A stretch of DNA of 64,000 bases. Origin: Caldora sp. SIO3E6. Its GTDB lineage: Bacteria > Cyanobacteriota > Cyanobacteriia > Cyanobacteriales > Coleofasciculaceae. Below the pieces are notes generated by a model. It worked only from the letters and a program-made list of their open reading frames with translations. It searched no databases and was not told the origin of the DNA. Numbering within the stretch: position 1 is the first letter of the stretch; every line of letters begins with the position of its first letter. Positions 50,776 through 62,300 of the stretch are shown piece after piece. The stretch lies in NCBI GenBank assembly GCA_010672185.1, contig JAAHHL010000032.1, forward strand, positions 5,937 to 69,936, in the 5' to 3' direction. The translations under genes and the position numbers were made by a program.

Positions 50776-53769
50776 ATGAGCGAAGAACAGCATCAATATT
50801 ATCTCAATTTAATTAATTTGCTGTTAACCTGCACTCAAGGCCAAGAAATAGAAATTTTACAGGCCAATCCAGACTTACATGATACTAACTTGGTAAGAAC
50901 GATATTAACAGCTGCTTCCAATTTGATAAAGCAGAAGGATTTCAACAGTGCTAATCGGTTGATGAATATTGCAGGGGTGAGACTGGGAGTTTATTTGCAC
51001 TCCTCAGGAATTTATAAAAGGGCAGAAAGTGACAAGCTATTTAACCAAGGGACGCAACAATTTCAGGGAAGTCAATTCGATTCTGCCCTCAAACTATGGA
51101 AACAAGCAATGGCTATTGATTGGGTAATAGGAGACCGTCAGAGAGAAGGTGGTTGTCTTAATAGTATAGGACAAGCTTACTATTCACAAGGGGAATACAA
51201 AAAAGCGATCTCTTGTCTTGAACAAGCTGTTAGCATTGCTAAGAATATTGGCTATCGTGAAGGAGAAGCACAATCTTCCAATTGGTTAGGAAGCGCTTAT
51301 GGATCTCTAGGCTATTACCAAAAAGCAATACAATATCATCAAGCAGCATTAAAGTTTTATCAGGATATAGGTGACTGTAAACAACAAGGAGATGTTTGTA
51401 ATAACTTGGGAAATGCTTACAGATATCTTGGAGAATATTCTTTAGCTAGGAGATATAACTTACAAGCTTTGATTATTGCCAAGAAAAGCAAAGATGATAA
51501 ATTAAAGACAAGCTCTTTTGCAAATTTAGGATTAACATTAGGATCTATTGGCAAACGTAAAAAAAGTATTAAGTATCATGAACAATGTCTGAAAATTGCT
51601 AGAAAAATTAAAGACGAATATCTAGAAGCTACAGCTCTAGGTAATTTAGGAGGAGTTTACCAATCATTAGGCAAATATCAGACAGCAATAGAATATCAGC
51701 AGCAAGATTTAGCTATTGCGATAAAAATCAAAGATCGTAAATTAGAATCAAATGCCCTGGATAGTATAGGGACTATTTATTCTAAATGTGGAGAACACAA
51801 GAAGGCGATAGATTACATTCTCAGGTCTTTAAATATTTCTCGACAAATTGAAGACAGACAAGGGCAGTCTAGTTCTCTAGTAAACTTGGGAACAATTTAT
51901 CAAGATTTAAGACAGCTTCAAGAAAGTTTTAAATGTTTTGAATCGTCATTAACAATAAAAAAAGAAATTGGAGATGTTCTAGGTGAAGCAATTTGCCTGG
52001 GAAACTTGGGAGACTTTTACTTTTTGAATCATCAATATCAAGAGGCAATTAAATATTATGAACAGGATTTAAAGATTGTAGAAGAAATTGGATCTCGTCA
52101 AGGAGAAGTTAATGCTTTTTGTTCACTAGGAGCTGCATATTATGCTTTGGGTGATATTCATTTGTCTCTAGATTATTCTCGAAAAGCTCTAGTAATTGCA
52201 GAAAAAGATGAATCTTTATTTGGACTTGGTACTTGTTTACACAACATCGGTTCTGCTCATTTTTTACAAGGAATGATAGAAGAAGCAAGAGATATACTTT
52301 ACCGAGCTGTTTGTGCTTGGGAGTCTCTCAGAGCAGATTTAAGAGACGCAGAAAAAATTTCAATTTTTGAGGGTCATTCTATAAGCTATCTTCTCTTACA
52401 AGAAGTTTTAGTTGCCCTAAATAGACAAGAAGAAGCGCTAGAAGTTGCAGAAAGAGGTCGTACTAGAGCATTTGTTGAACTATTGATAAAGCGAAAAGTT
52501 CAACCAGGTATTAATCTGAATCAAATTCCTTGGCCATCCTCTCAAAAAATTAGAGAGATTGCCCATTGTCAAAATTACACGATAGTCGAATATTCAATAG
52601 TTGATTCTGGAAATAAGCTATTAATTTGGCTCATCCTCCCTAACGGAATTATTCAGTTATTTCAAAAAGACCTTAAATCACTTCAAAAACAAAATATATC
52701 TCTCTCCAGTTTGGTGACTCAAGCTCGTGATTTTCTCAATATTGCTGAAACCAAACAGAATGAATCAATTCTTACTAGTACACAGCCTTCGTTCGCTAAC
52801 CGCGATAGATATCCCTACCTCCAGCAACTTTATCAACTTCTAATTGAGCCGATTAAACATCTCTTACCCACCAAGCCTGAGGTATCTATTGTTATTGTTC
52901 CCCAAAGCATCTTATTTCTGGTTCCTTTTTCAGCTTTACAGAACTCTGAAGGTGAGTTCCTTATTGAAAGATATACCACTCTGACCATTCCTTCAATTCA
53001 AGTACTGGAGTTAACCCACAAACGAAGTACGCAGGTATCAGAAACCTTCCGAGAAGCACTGGTTGTGGGAAATCCGAAAATGCCCACAATTCCCTTAACT
53101 GAGCCACCTGTCGAGTTGCGAGATTTACCCTGGGCAAAAACTGAAGCAAATGCGATCGCTCCCCTTCTCAATACACAAGCTATAACAGGTTCAGGTGCTA
53201 CCAAAGCTTACATTACGCAGCAAATGTCCCAAGCGCGATTAATACACCTCGCGACCCACGGTTTATTAGATGATATCCGACAATTGGGTATACCAGGAGC
53301 AGTAGCTTTGGCTCCCAGTGATGAGGATAATGGCTTTCTCACCGCTGGCGAAATTTATGATCTGGAACTAAACGCTGAACTGGTTGTGCTGAGTGCCTGT
53401 AGTACCGGACAGGGTAAAATTACAGGAGATGGAGTTGTTGGATTATCCCGCTGTTTAATTGCCGCTGGGGTCAAAAGTGTAATTGTCTCTCTTTGGTCAG
53501 TAGGCGACTTATCTACCGCCTTAATGATGGTGAAGTTTTATCAAATCTTCCAACAGGGAGTAGCAGCAGCCATCGCTCTAAATGAAGCTCAACGCTGGTT
53601 ACTGGGGATTAACAAGACAGAATTGGCAGTTTGGGTAAAAACAAACGAGCAATTTTTCGATGCTACTCTGAAAATGAGTTTAGGTCGGAGGTTAAATCAG
53701 TTAGATGATAGCGCCAAACCCTTTGAAAATCCTCGCCATTGGGCTGCGTTTTTTGCTATTGGTCAGTGA
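50776..53769 (+). CDS. TPR-CHAT protein, array gene D (class 2)
   Basis: ATG lies 2 nt after the C stop. N-domain (YYLNLINLLLTCTQGQE), 40-aa TPRs (GEAxxxxNLGxAYxxLGxYxxAIxY) and a CHAT variant (HLATHG; LSACSTGQG). Confidence 0.85.
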   Translation: MSEEQHQYYLNLINLLLTCTQGQEIEILQANPDLHDTNLVRTILTAASNLIKQKDFNSANRLMNIAGVRLGVYLHSSGIYKRAESDKLFNQGTQQFQGSQFDSALKLWKQAMAIDWVIGDRQREGGCLNSIGQAYYSQGEYKKAISCLEQAVSIAKNIGYREGEAQSSNWLGSAYGSLGYYQKAIQYHQAALKFYQDIGDCKQQGDVCNNLGNAYRYLGEYSLARRYNLQALIIAKKSKDDKLKTSSFANLGLTLGSIGKRKKSIKYHEQCLKIARKIKDEYLEATALGNLGGVYQSLGKYQTAIEYQQQDLAIAIKIKDRKLESNALDSIGTIYSKCGEHKKAIDYILRSLNISRQIEDRQGQSSSLVNLGTIYQDLRQLQESFKCFESSLTIKKEIGDVLGEAICLGNLGDFYFLNHQYQEAIKYYEQDLKIVEEIGSRQGEVNAFCSLGAAYYALGDIHLSLDYSRKALVIAEKDESLFGLGTCLHNIGSAHFLQGMIEEARDILYRAVCAWESLRADLRDAEKISIFEGHSISYLLLQEVLVALNRQEEALEVAERGRTRAFVELLIKRKVQPGINLNQIPWPSSQKIREIAHCQNYTIVEYSIVDSGNKLLIWLILPNGIIQLFQKDLKSLQKQNISLSSLVTQARDFLNIAETKQNESILTSTQPSFANRDRYPYLQQLYQLLIEPIKHLLPTKPEVSIVIVPQSILFLVPFSALQNSEGEFLIERYTTLTIPSIQVLELTHKRSTQVSETFREALVVGNPKMPTIPLTEPPVELRDLPWAKTEANAIAPLLNTQAITGSGATKAYITQQMSQARLIHLATHGLLDDIRQLGIPGAVALAPSDEDNGFLTAGEIYDLELNAELVVLSACSTGQGKITGDGVVGLSRCLIAAGVKSVIVSLWSVGDLSTALMMVKFYQIFQQGVAAAIALNEAQRWLLGINKTELAVWVKTNEQFFDATLKMSLGRRLNQLDDSAKPFENPRHWAAFFAIGQ

Positions 53770-53780
53770 TAGAGCAACTT

Positions 53781-53828
53781 TTTAACTCACCCTTTCACTG
53801 GGCACTGTTCTGTGTCATTGGTCAATGA
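53781..53828 (+). pseudogene. Relic of the last 15 codons plus stop of a class-1 CHAT gene (FNSPFHWALFCVIGQ*)
   Basis: Hand translation of the D-E spacer. Compare the paralog C-termini SPFHWAGFCAIGQ and SPFYWAAFCAIGQ. The relic stop overlaps the E start (CAATGATG). Confidence 0.75.
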
Positions 53829-56686
53829 TGAACAAACAAATCCAAAACCCTAACTCTCAACTTGACTTCCTCTTGCAGGTATTGCGAACAACCCACTACA
53901 GCAACAACAACCCGAAAGTAGTGTACTCGCTGTTACAAGATAACTTAGACCTACTTAATGATAACTGTGCCAGTGTTTTGCACAATTGGGCAACTACTAC
54001 CTTGCCAAGTATAGTACCAGAACAAGCCCAAAATTTGGCAGCAGATATAGTCAATTTCAGTATCCTTATTCGTAAGCTGCCTTTAGGGAATCAAGCCAGT
54101 AACATGGAAATTGCCATAGCAGGATATGAAGTTGCGGCTATGGTATTTACCAAGGAAGCTTTTCCTCAAGAATGGGCTTCAGTGCAAAACAATCTGGGGA
54201 TTGCCTATCGTAACCGCATTAGAGGAGAAAAAGCAGAAAATTTAGAAAAGGCAATTGGCTATTATTTGGCTGCTTTGAGGGTATGTACTCGCGAACTCTA
54301 TCCTGATGATTGGAGTATGACCCAACAAAATTTAGGTATCGTCTATCGAAATCGCATTCGGGGAGAACAAGCAGAGAACCTAGAAGCAGCGATTCACTGC
54401 TTTCAAGCTGCATTAGAAGTATGTACTCGCCAAGCCTTTCCCCAAGATTGGGCGATGACCCAACACAATCTTGGGATTGCCTACAGTAGTCGAATTCGGG
54501 GGAAGAAATCGGAAAATTTAGAAACAGCCATTCGTTGTTTTCAGACTGCTTTAGAAGTTCGTACCCGCGAAGTCAATTCCCAGGAGTGGGCAATGACTCA
54601 GAATAATTTGGGAATTGCTTACTATGAACGTACCGAGGAAGAAAAAGCAGAGAATTTGGAAGCAGCCATTCGCTGTTTTCATGCTGCTTTAGCAGTATAC
54701 ACTCGTGAAGCATCGCCTCACCAATGGGCTATGCTGCACAACAATTTGGGTAATGGCTATAGTAATCGTATTTGTGGGGAAAAAGCAGAAAACTTAGAAA
54801 TAGCTATTCGCCATTTAAAAGCTGCCTTAGAAGTCCGTACCCGCGAAGTCAATTCCCAGGAATGGGCCACAACCCAGAACAATCTAGGTGATACTTACCG
54901 CCGACGTATCAAAGGGGAAAAGTTAGAGAACTTAGAGATAGCCATTCGCCATTTAAAAGCTGCCTTAGAGGTGCGTACTCGCGAAGCTTTTCCTATATTA
55001 TATGTAGAAGCTCAATTCAATCTCGGTCTTGCCTACCAAGATGCTGGACAGTTTAGCGATGCCTACAATGTTTTTGCTGCTGCTATTGATACCTTGGAGT
55101 CTTTGCGAGGGGAGATAGTCTTTGGTTCGGCCAGAGAAGAAGACAAACAAAAACTTGCTGAAAAATGGAACAAGGTCTATGAATTGGCAGTAGAAGTTTG
55201 TCTAGAGTTAGAGAAACCTACTAAAGCCATAGAATACGTCGAGCGCAGCAAAACTCGGAACTTGGTAGAACTCATCCTCAACCGAGACCTCCAGGCTATT
55301 TTTCCTAGAGAAATCGTTAGACAATTGGAACAACTCCAAGAGGAAATTTCTACCAGTCAGCGCCAACTGCAAGCTGCTACAGCGAAAGCAAGCACCGCTC
55401 TGACACAACATCTTTCACAGCTCAGGCAGCAGCGCAATGAATTGCAAAACAAATACCTGCCCCTTGGTTCGGGGTTTCAGTTTGACCAATTAAGAGTAAC
55501 TTTGGATCAGCGCACTGCTATTGTCGAGTTATATGTTGCTATAAACAAGTTTCTTGTTTTTATTTTCACCGGTCAAACTCAGCAGCCTATCGTTTGGCAA
55601 TCTGAGCCAAAAGACCTAAAGCAATTGATGTATTGGGTAGCTGGATACATGGGAGTTTACTACGAGAAAAAAGCCCATTGGCAACGCCGCCTAAGTACTC
55701 GCCTCCATTTACTCGCTAAGATTCTGCACCTTGAGGAAATTATTCAACTGATTCCCGATAGATGTGAGAGACTAATTTTAATTCCCCATCAGTATTTGCA
55801 TTTATTTCCCCTTCATGCGTTGCCAGTTACAGAGAAATCCCGCCTCCTTGACTTATTTCCCCAAGGCGTGAGTTACGTCCCTAGTTGTCAACTGCTCCAG
55901 CTTGCTCAGAGGAAAAAACTTCCTCACTTCACAAGCTTCTTTGCGGTTCAAAACCCTACAAAAGACCTCGACTATACCAATATCGAAGTGGAAATCATTC
56001 AACGTTATTTTGATACAACTAATGTCCTCAAAGAAGAGATGGCAACCAGAGAAACCGTTGATGATATTTCTTTTACCGCTGCCCACTGCACCCACTTTAG
56101 CTGTCATGGTTATTTTCACCCAAACCAGCCTCGCCAATCTAGTCTTATCCTCGCAGATGCATATCTTGACACTGCACCCACCGAAACTAACCCAGAACAG
56201 TACCTCACTTTACCAGATGGAAAAGTGCTAGATTTGGATAAATGCCTTACTTTGGAGAAAATATTCACCCTTAGCTTAGATCAATGTCGCCTCGTTACTC
56301 TATCTGCTTGCGAAACCGGATTGATTGATTTCCGCAATACGAGCGACGAATATATTGGTTTGCCCAGTGGCTTTGTTTATGCAGGTGCTGCCAGTGTCGT
56401 TAGCTCTCTGTGGACGGTAAACGACTTATCTACAGCTTTTTTGATGATTCAGTTTTATCAGAACCTACAAAAGGGTTTGGTTGTGGGTTTGGCGCTCAAT
56501 CAAGCTCAACTGTGGTTAAGGGATTTGACTAAGGGGGACTTGGAAACATGGATTGAGGAAAATCAGTTACCATTGAAGCCAGCTATTAGGATGAATCTGC
56601 GTCGTCGTCTTTATAAGTTGGAGGATGATGCTAAACCCTTTCAATCGCCTTTTTACTGGGCAGGATTTTGTGCCATTGGTCAGTGA
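53825..56686 (+). CDS. TPR-CHAT protein, array gene E (class 1, no YLNLI N-domain)
   Basis: 953 aa. Helical module, about seven 46-aa repeats, and CHAT (HFSCHGYF; LSACETG). Confidence 0.85.
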   Translation: MMNKQIQNPNSQLDFLLQVLRTTHYSNNNPKVVYSLLQDNLDLLNDNCASVLHNWATTTLPSIVPEQAQNLAADIVNFSILIRKLPLGNQASNMEIAIAGYEVAAMVFTKEAFPQEWASVQNNLGIAYRNRIRGEKAENLEKAIGYYLAALRVCTRELYPDDWSMTQQNLGIVYRNRIRGEQAENLEAAIHCFQAALEVCTRQAFPQDWAMTQHNLGIAYSSRIRGKKSENLETAIRCFQTALEVRTREVNSQEWAMTQNNLGIAYYERTEEEKAENLEAAIRCFHAALAVYTREASPHQWAMLHNNLGNGYSNRICGEKAENLEIAIRHLKAALEVRTREVNSQEWATTQNNLGDTYRRRIKGEKLENLEIAIRHLKAALEVRTREAFPILYVEAQFNLGLAYQDAGQFSDAYNVFAAAIDTLESLRGEIVFGSAREEDKQKLAEKWNKVYELAVEVCLELEKPTKAIEYVERSKTRNLVELILNRDLQAIFPREIVRQLEQLQEEISTSQRQLQAATAKASTALTQHLSQLRQQRNELQNKYLPLGSGFQFDQLRVTLDQRTAIVELYVAINKFLVFIFTGQTQQPIVWQSEPKDLKQLMYWVAGYMGVYYEKKAHWQRRLSTRLHLLAKILHLEEIIQLIPDRCERLILIPHQYLHLFPLHALPVTEKSRLLDLFPQGVSYVPSCQLLQLAQRKKLPHFTSFFAVQNPTKDLDYTNIEVEIIQRYFDTTNVLKEEMATRETVDDISFTAAHCTHFSCHGYFHPNQPRQSSLILADAYLDTAPTETNPEQYLTLPDGKVLDLDKCLTLEKIFTLSLDQCRLVTLSACETGLIDFRNTSDEYIGLPSGFVYAGAASVVSSLWTVNDLSTAFLMIQFYQNLQKGLVVGLALNQAQLWLRDLTKGDLETWIEENQLPLKPAIRMNLRRRLYKLEDDAKPFQSPFYWAGFCAIGQ

Positions 56687-56702
56687 TTAACTAAAGTAAC
56701 TT

Positions 56703-59387
56703 ATGTCATCAAAAATCTCTCCTTCATTTGTTAATTTTTTGCAATTGATCTTGCAGACAGTCCGTGAAAGTGATGCAGAGCCAGAGGCTTTATACTCAAT
56801 ACTAGAGAAACACTTGGAGCAACTAGAGAATAACTTTCCTCAGAAATTTAAAAATTGGGCAAAGGAGAGGTTAGCAGAGTTAGAACCAGAAGAACGCCGT
56901 AACATAGCCAAAGATATTGGCAATTTATGTATTTTAATACGCAGTTACCCTTTTCCTTCTCAAGCCAATAATATAGAAATAGCTATTGCTGGTTATGAAG
57001 TGATCAGTACTGTTTTGGATCGTGAATGTTCTCCAGAAAATTGGGCAACAAATCAAAACAATCTAGGGGTTGCCTATTGTGCTCGTATTCTGGGAGATAA
57101 GGCCCATAATTTAGAACAGGCAATAGCCTATTTCAAGAAAGCTTTACAAGTTCGCACTCGCAAGGATTTACCTTCGGATTGGGCGGCAACTCAAAGCAAC
57201 CTGGGCAATGCTTACTACAGCCGCATTGTAGGCAAAAAGGAAGAAAACTTAGAACAGGCAATTAGATGTCACAAACGAGCATTAGGTATTCATACTTACG
57301 ACGCTTTTCCAGAAAACTGGGCAAGTGTTCAGTACAGTTTGGGAAATGCCTACAGCGATCGCCTTTCAGGAGCAAGAGACAAGAATCTGGAGAGGGCAAT
57401 TCAGCATTATGAAAATGCTTTACAGGTATACACCCGTACTGCTTACCCAGAACAGTGGGCTGGAATTCAAGATAATTTGGGTGGTGTCTATCACAAACGC
57501 CTGCTAGGAGAAAAAGCAGAAAATCTGGAGAAAGCGATCGCCCATCACAAAAATGCTTTATTGGTTTACACTTATGAATCAGATCCAGAGCAATGGGCTA
57601 AGACTCAAAGTAATCTAGGAGTTGCTTATGGTAAGCGCATTTTGGGTAAAAAAGTAGAAAATCTGAGGAAAGAGAGTAAATGCTATAAAAAAGCTTTACT
57701 AGTGTACACCAGAGAGTCATTTCCCTTAGATCATGCTATAACCCTATACAATCTCGGTCTTACTTACAAAAGTTCTCAAAAATTTGATTCTGCTTACAAT
57801 ACCTTTGCTGCTGCCATTGAAACAGTTGAATCTCTGCGCAGTTTGATTGCCTTTGAAGATGACACGGCTTTAACAACTGCTATTAACACTTTAGAGTCAG
57901 ACCCAGTTAAGATTCTCTCGGAAGAAGAAGCTGGGCAAGAAGTCAAACGCAAACTTGCTGAAGAATGGAACTTACTTTACCAAGCTATGGTGGAAGTATG
58001 TTTAGAATTAGGCTACCCTGATCGAGCTATTGAATATGTAGAGCGCAGCAAAACTCGTAATTTAATTGAGTTCCTTGCTCAGAAAGACAGCTATTCAGAT
58101 TTTGAGTTTATTTGCTTTCCCCAAATCTTAGATATCCTACCTGATGGCTACAGTAGCATCATTGAGTGGTACATTACTCCTGAGACCTTTGTTGTCTTTA
58201 TTATCAGCAGCCAAACACGGAATCCTATTGTTTGGCAACCTCCTTCAGAGGAAAGGGAAGGGACTTTACGAGCTTTAATTGATTGGGGTAATAGATACCT
58301 TGACGACTACGAAGATGATGGAGAAGGCGGAGAACGGTGGGAAAAACAGTTAGATGACTCCCTCCACCACCTTGCTCTAATTCTCCATTTTGATGAAATA
58401 CTCTCCCTCCTTCCCAAAAGCTGTAATCAACTTATTCTGATTCCTCATTGGTTCTTACATCTGTTACCCCTCCACGCTTTACCTCTAGCCACTCGGAAAA
58501 ACCAATGTCTTTTAGATCGATTCAGTCGAGGTGTGCGCTATGCTCCTAGCTGTCAGCTATTGCATATGACCAAAAATCAGCCACGCCACAGACCAACATC
58601 AGATATGTTCCTTCCTCACCTTTTTGCTATGCAAAATCCCACGGAAGATTTGTCCTATGCTGATTTGGAAGTCCAAGCTATCTGCCGCTATTTTCAGAAA
58701 ACTAAAGTTCTCGCTAAGTCAGAAGGGACAAAAGCAGCCCTTTATCAGGAGTTATCTAACTATAACTTAGCTTCCGGCAACTACCTTCATTTTTCCTGCC
58801 ACGCATTCTTTAGCCCTCATTTTCCCCTCAAGAGTTCTGCTTTGTTTTTGGCAGGTTGTTACGTTCCTACCGCAGAAGAGTTAGCTTCTCAATTGTATCT
58901 AATATTCGACGAAGATAGTAAGACAAAAATTGCTCTTAATCAATGTCTAACTCTCAGAGAAATCTATACTCTCAAACTGCCTAAATGTTATTTAATTACT
59001 CTCTCTGCTTGTGAAACAGGTATAACAGACTTCTACAACACAAGTGATGAATACGTCGGCATTGGTGGCGGTTTTCTCTATGCAGGTACTCCCAATGTAG
59101 TAAATAGTCTTTGGGTAGTGAACGACTTATCCACGGCCTTTTTGATGATTCGGTTTTATCAGAATCTGCAAAACTTCCAGTCAGTCGCAGTTGCTCTCAA
59201 TCAAGCTCAACTCTGGCTCCGAGATATCACTAAAAAAGAACTGGAAACATGGATTGAGGAAAATCAGTTACCATTGAAACCAGCAGTTAGGATGGGTCTG
59301 CGTCGTCGTCTTTATCAGTTAGAGGATGATGCTAAACCCTTTAAAGACCCGTTTCACTGGGCAGCTTTTTGTGCTATTGGTCAGTAA
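56703..59387 (+). CDS. TPR-CHAT protein, array gene F (class 1)
   Basis: 894 aa. About six repeats, and CHAT (HFSCHAFF; LSACETG). Confidence 0.85.
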   Translation: MSSKISPSFVNFLQLILQTVRESDAEPEALYSILEKHLEQLENNFPQKFKNWAKERLAELEPEERRNIAKDIGNLCILIRSYPFPSQANNIEIAIAGYEVISTVLDRECSPENWATNQNNLGVAYCARILGDKAHNLEQAIAYFKKALQVRTRKDLPSDWAATQSNLGNAYYSRIVGKKEENLEQAIRCHKRALGIHTYDAFPENWASVQYSLGNAYSDRLSGARDKNLERAIQHYENALQVYTRTAYPEQWAGIQDNLGGVYHKRLLGEKAENLEKAIAHHKNALLVYTYESDPEQWAKTQSNLGVAYGKRILGKKVENLRKESKCYKKALLVYTRESFPLDHAITLYNLGLTYKSSQKFDSAYNTFAAAIETVESLRSLIAFEDDTALTTAINTLESDPVKILSEEEAGQEVKRKLAEEWNLLYQAMVEVCLELGYPDRAIEYVERSKTRNLIEFLAQKDSYSDFEFICFPQILDILPDGYSSIIEWYITPETFVVFIISSQTRNPIVWQPPSEEREGTLRALIDWGNRYLDDYEDDGEGGERWEKQLDDSLHHLALILHFDEILSLLPKSCNQLILIPHWFLHLLPLHALPLATRKNQCLLDRFSRGVRYAPSCQLLHMTKNQPRHRPTSDMFLPHLFAMQNPTEDLSYADLEVQAICRYFQKTKVLAKSEGTKAALYQELSNYNLASGNYLHFSCHAFFSPHFPLKSSALFLAGCYVPTAEELASQLYLIFDEDSKTKIALNQCLTLREIYTLKLPKCYLITLSACETGITDFYNTSDEYVGIGGGFLYAGTPNVVNSLWVVNDLSTAFLMIRFYQNLQNFQSVAVALNQAQLWLRDITKKELETWIEENQLPLKPAVRMGLRRRLYQLEDDAKPFKDPFHWAAFCAIGQ

Positions 59388-62300
59388 TGAAAGAAAAACG
59401 CCAAGCCTATCTGGAGCTAATTGAAGCCCTCATCAACTGTTCTAGCGGTGAGGAAGAGTCGATTTTGCAAGCCAACTCAAGCCTAATAGATTCTGGTTTG
59501 GTGCAGGTAATACTCCAATTGAGCACAAAGCTAGCAGAGCAGGGAGATCAACAGGTAGCGGACTGGTTGGAAAATATTGCTTCCTACCTTGCTAGTACCA
59601 TAGGCGAATCCTCAGCTCAAAACCCCCCTGAGGCAGAAGCAGAAAAACTCTTCCAACAAGGGATTCAGGACTTTCAGGCAGGTCAATTTCAAGATGCCTC
59701 ACACTGCTGGCAACAAGCTTTAACACTTTATCGCCAGCTGGGAAATCGCCAGGGAGAAGCTCAATGTCTGGGCAATCTGGGTAATATTTTTTACCAACTT
59801 CAGGATTACGAGCAAGCCATTAAATACCACAAACAAGACCTGAGTGTCGCACGGGAGATAGGAGATGGGGAGGGAGAAGCCTATTCTCTAAACAACTTGG
59901 GTAGAACCTGCGAATCCCAATGGAAATACCAACAGGCTATTGAATATTACGAGCAATCCCTACTGACTGCACAAAAAATAGGCGATCGCCAAGTAGAAGC
60001 GACTGCTCTGAATAATTTAGGTAACACTTACAACTTCCAGGGAAAATACCAGGAAGCTATTAAGAGTTATAAGCGGTTCTTAGTAATTGCACGAGAAATA
60101 GATAATCGTCGTTGGGAAACCATTGCCCTGAATAATTTAGGTAATGCTCATGATTCCCTAGGACATTACCAGCAAGCGATAAAAATGTATGAGGAATCCC
60201 TAGCTATTGCACGAAAAATAAGCGATCGCGAAGGAGAAGCCAATTCCCTAAACAATTTAGGCAGTGTTTACTTTTCTCAAGGGCAGTACCAACAGGCGAT
60301 CAACAAGCATGAGGAGTCATTGGCGATCAAACGGGAGATAGGCGATAGCCGTGGTGAAACCAAATGCTTGGGAAATTTGGGTTTAACTTACCACTGTTTA
60401 GGACAATACCAACAGGCCATTGATTACCACGAGCAGAGTCTAACCACCGCACAAGAAATAGGCGATCGCCTTGGTGAAGCAACTGTTTTTGGAAATTTGG
60501 GCTTAACTTATCGTTCTTTGGGTCAATATCAGCAGTCGATTAAGAATTACAAACGGCAATTGCTGATCACACGAGAAATAGGTGATCGCCTTGGCGAGGC
60601 AACTGTTTTAGGAAATCTAGGCTTGACTCACTACTTTCGAGAAAAATATCAGGAGGCAATTAACAAGTATCAAGAATCCTTAGCTATTGCGCAGAAAATA
60701 GGTTATCGTGCGGGAGAAGCTGCTTGCTTAGGAAATTTGGGCAATGCCTACTATTCAAGAGGTCAATGTCAGCAAGCGATTGAGTATCACCAACAATCCT
60801 TAATGATTTCTCAGGAAATAGGTGATCGTCGAGGAGAAGCTAGTACTCTAGGTCATCTGGGCATGGTTTACTATGCCCAAAAACAATATCAGCAAGCCAT
60901 CGATTATCATAAGCAGCAGTTAAATATTGCCAGGGATATAGGTTATCAATTGGGAGAGGGGGCTTCTCTAAACAATTTAGGACTGGCTTTTCTGGAATCT
61001 GGTCGGTTAGCAGAAGCCGAGGAAAACCTACGCCAGGGAATTAAAGTTTGGGAATCGATCCGAACCTCTCTAGGAAGTAATGACACCAATAAGGTGTCAA
61101 TTTTTGATACACAAACCGCTGCTTATCAACTGTTGCAAAAAGTCCTAGTTACCCAAAATAAACCTCTAGCTGCTCTAGAAATTGCCGAACGAGGAAGGGC
61201 AAGAGCTTTTGTGGAGTTATTAGAGGAGCAATTAGCTAAAAAAAAGCTGCCAAATCCTGAGCAATTAACTGTTTTGTCTATTAGCAAGATTCGAGAAATA
61301 GCCCAAGCACAAAAAACTACTTTGGTGGAATATTCGGTAATTTTTGCTGAAGAACTGTACATTTGGGTTATTTGCCCTGATGGTGAAATTTACTTTCGCT
61401 CAGTTGAACTCGAATCTTTGGAGAAGCAGCCAAGCTCATCTTCATTACTATCTGAGCTAGTTCTCCAAGCCCGTAAATCTCTTGGTATCGCGGAAAAACT
61501 GCAAGATATTGTAACTGGTAGTAGCATTGAGGCTAGACCAAATTTCAACAGCATCTCTTCACCGTTGAAGCAACTATATCAATACCTAATTGCCCCAATT
61601 AGTGACCTCCTGCCCAGTAACTCTACAGCCACCGTAGTTTTTATTCCCCAAAAGGTTTTATTCCTGCTTCCTTTCTCAGCGCTTCAAGATAGCAAGGGCA
61701 AATTCTTAATAGAGCAACATACTATCATAACCGTTCCCTCCATACAGGTTTTGGCATTAACCAGTAAGCCAAGAAGCAAAGTAGTAAAAGAAAAATTCCT
61801 TGCTACATTGATCGTTGGCAATCCCAAAATGCCAACTATACCTCTCTCCCAACCTCCTCAAACCTTAGCCAGTCTACCAGGGGCAGAAGTAGAAGCAAAA
61901 GCGATCGCTTCCTTACTACAAACTAAAGCTTTATTAGGTGAGAGAGCTACCAAGTCAAAGGTTGTCGAACAACTGCCCAAGGCTAAGTTGATTCATCTGG
62001 CTACTCATGGGTTATTAGGAGATATCAAGCAACTCGGTGTGCCGGGAGCCATCGCTTTAGCTCCCAGTGAGAATGATGGGTTTCTGACCTCTGGTGAAAT
62101 TTTAGAACTGGAACTATGTGCCGAGCTAGTTGTACTGAGTGCCTGTAGTACAGGACAGGGAAGAATTACCGGAGATGGTATAATTGGCTTATCTCGATCT
62201 TTTATTGCGGCTGGAGTAGATAGTTTAATAGTTTCCCTTTGGTCAGTAAATGACCAATCTACTGCTTTCTTGATGGTTAAGTTTTACCAGATTCTTCAGC

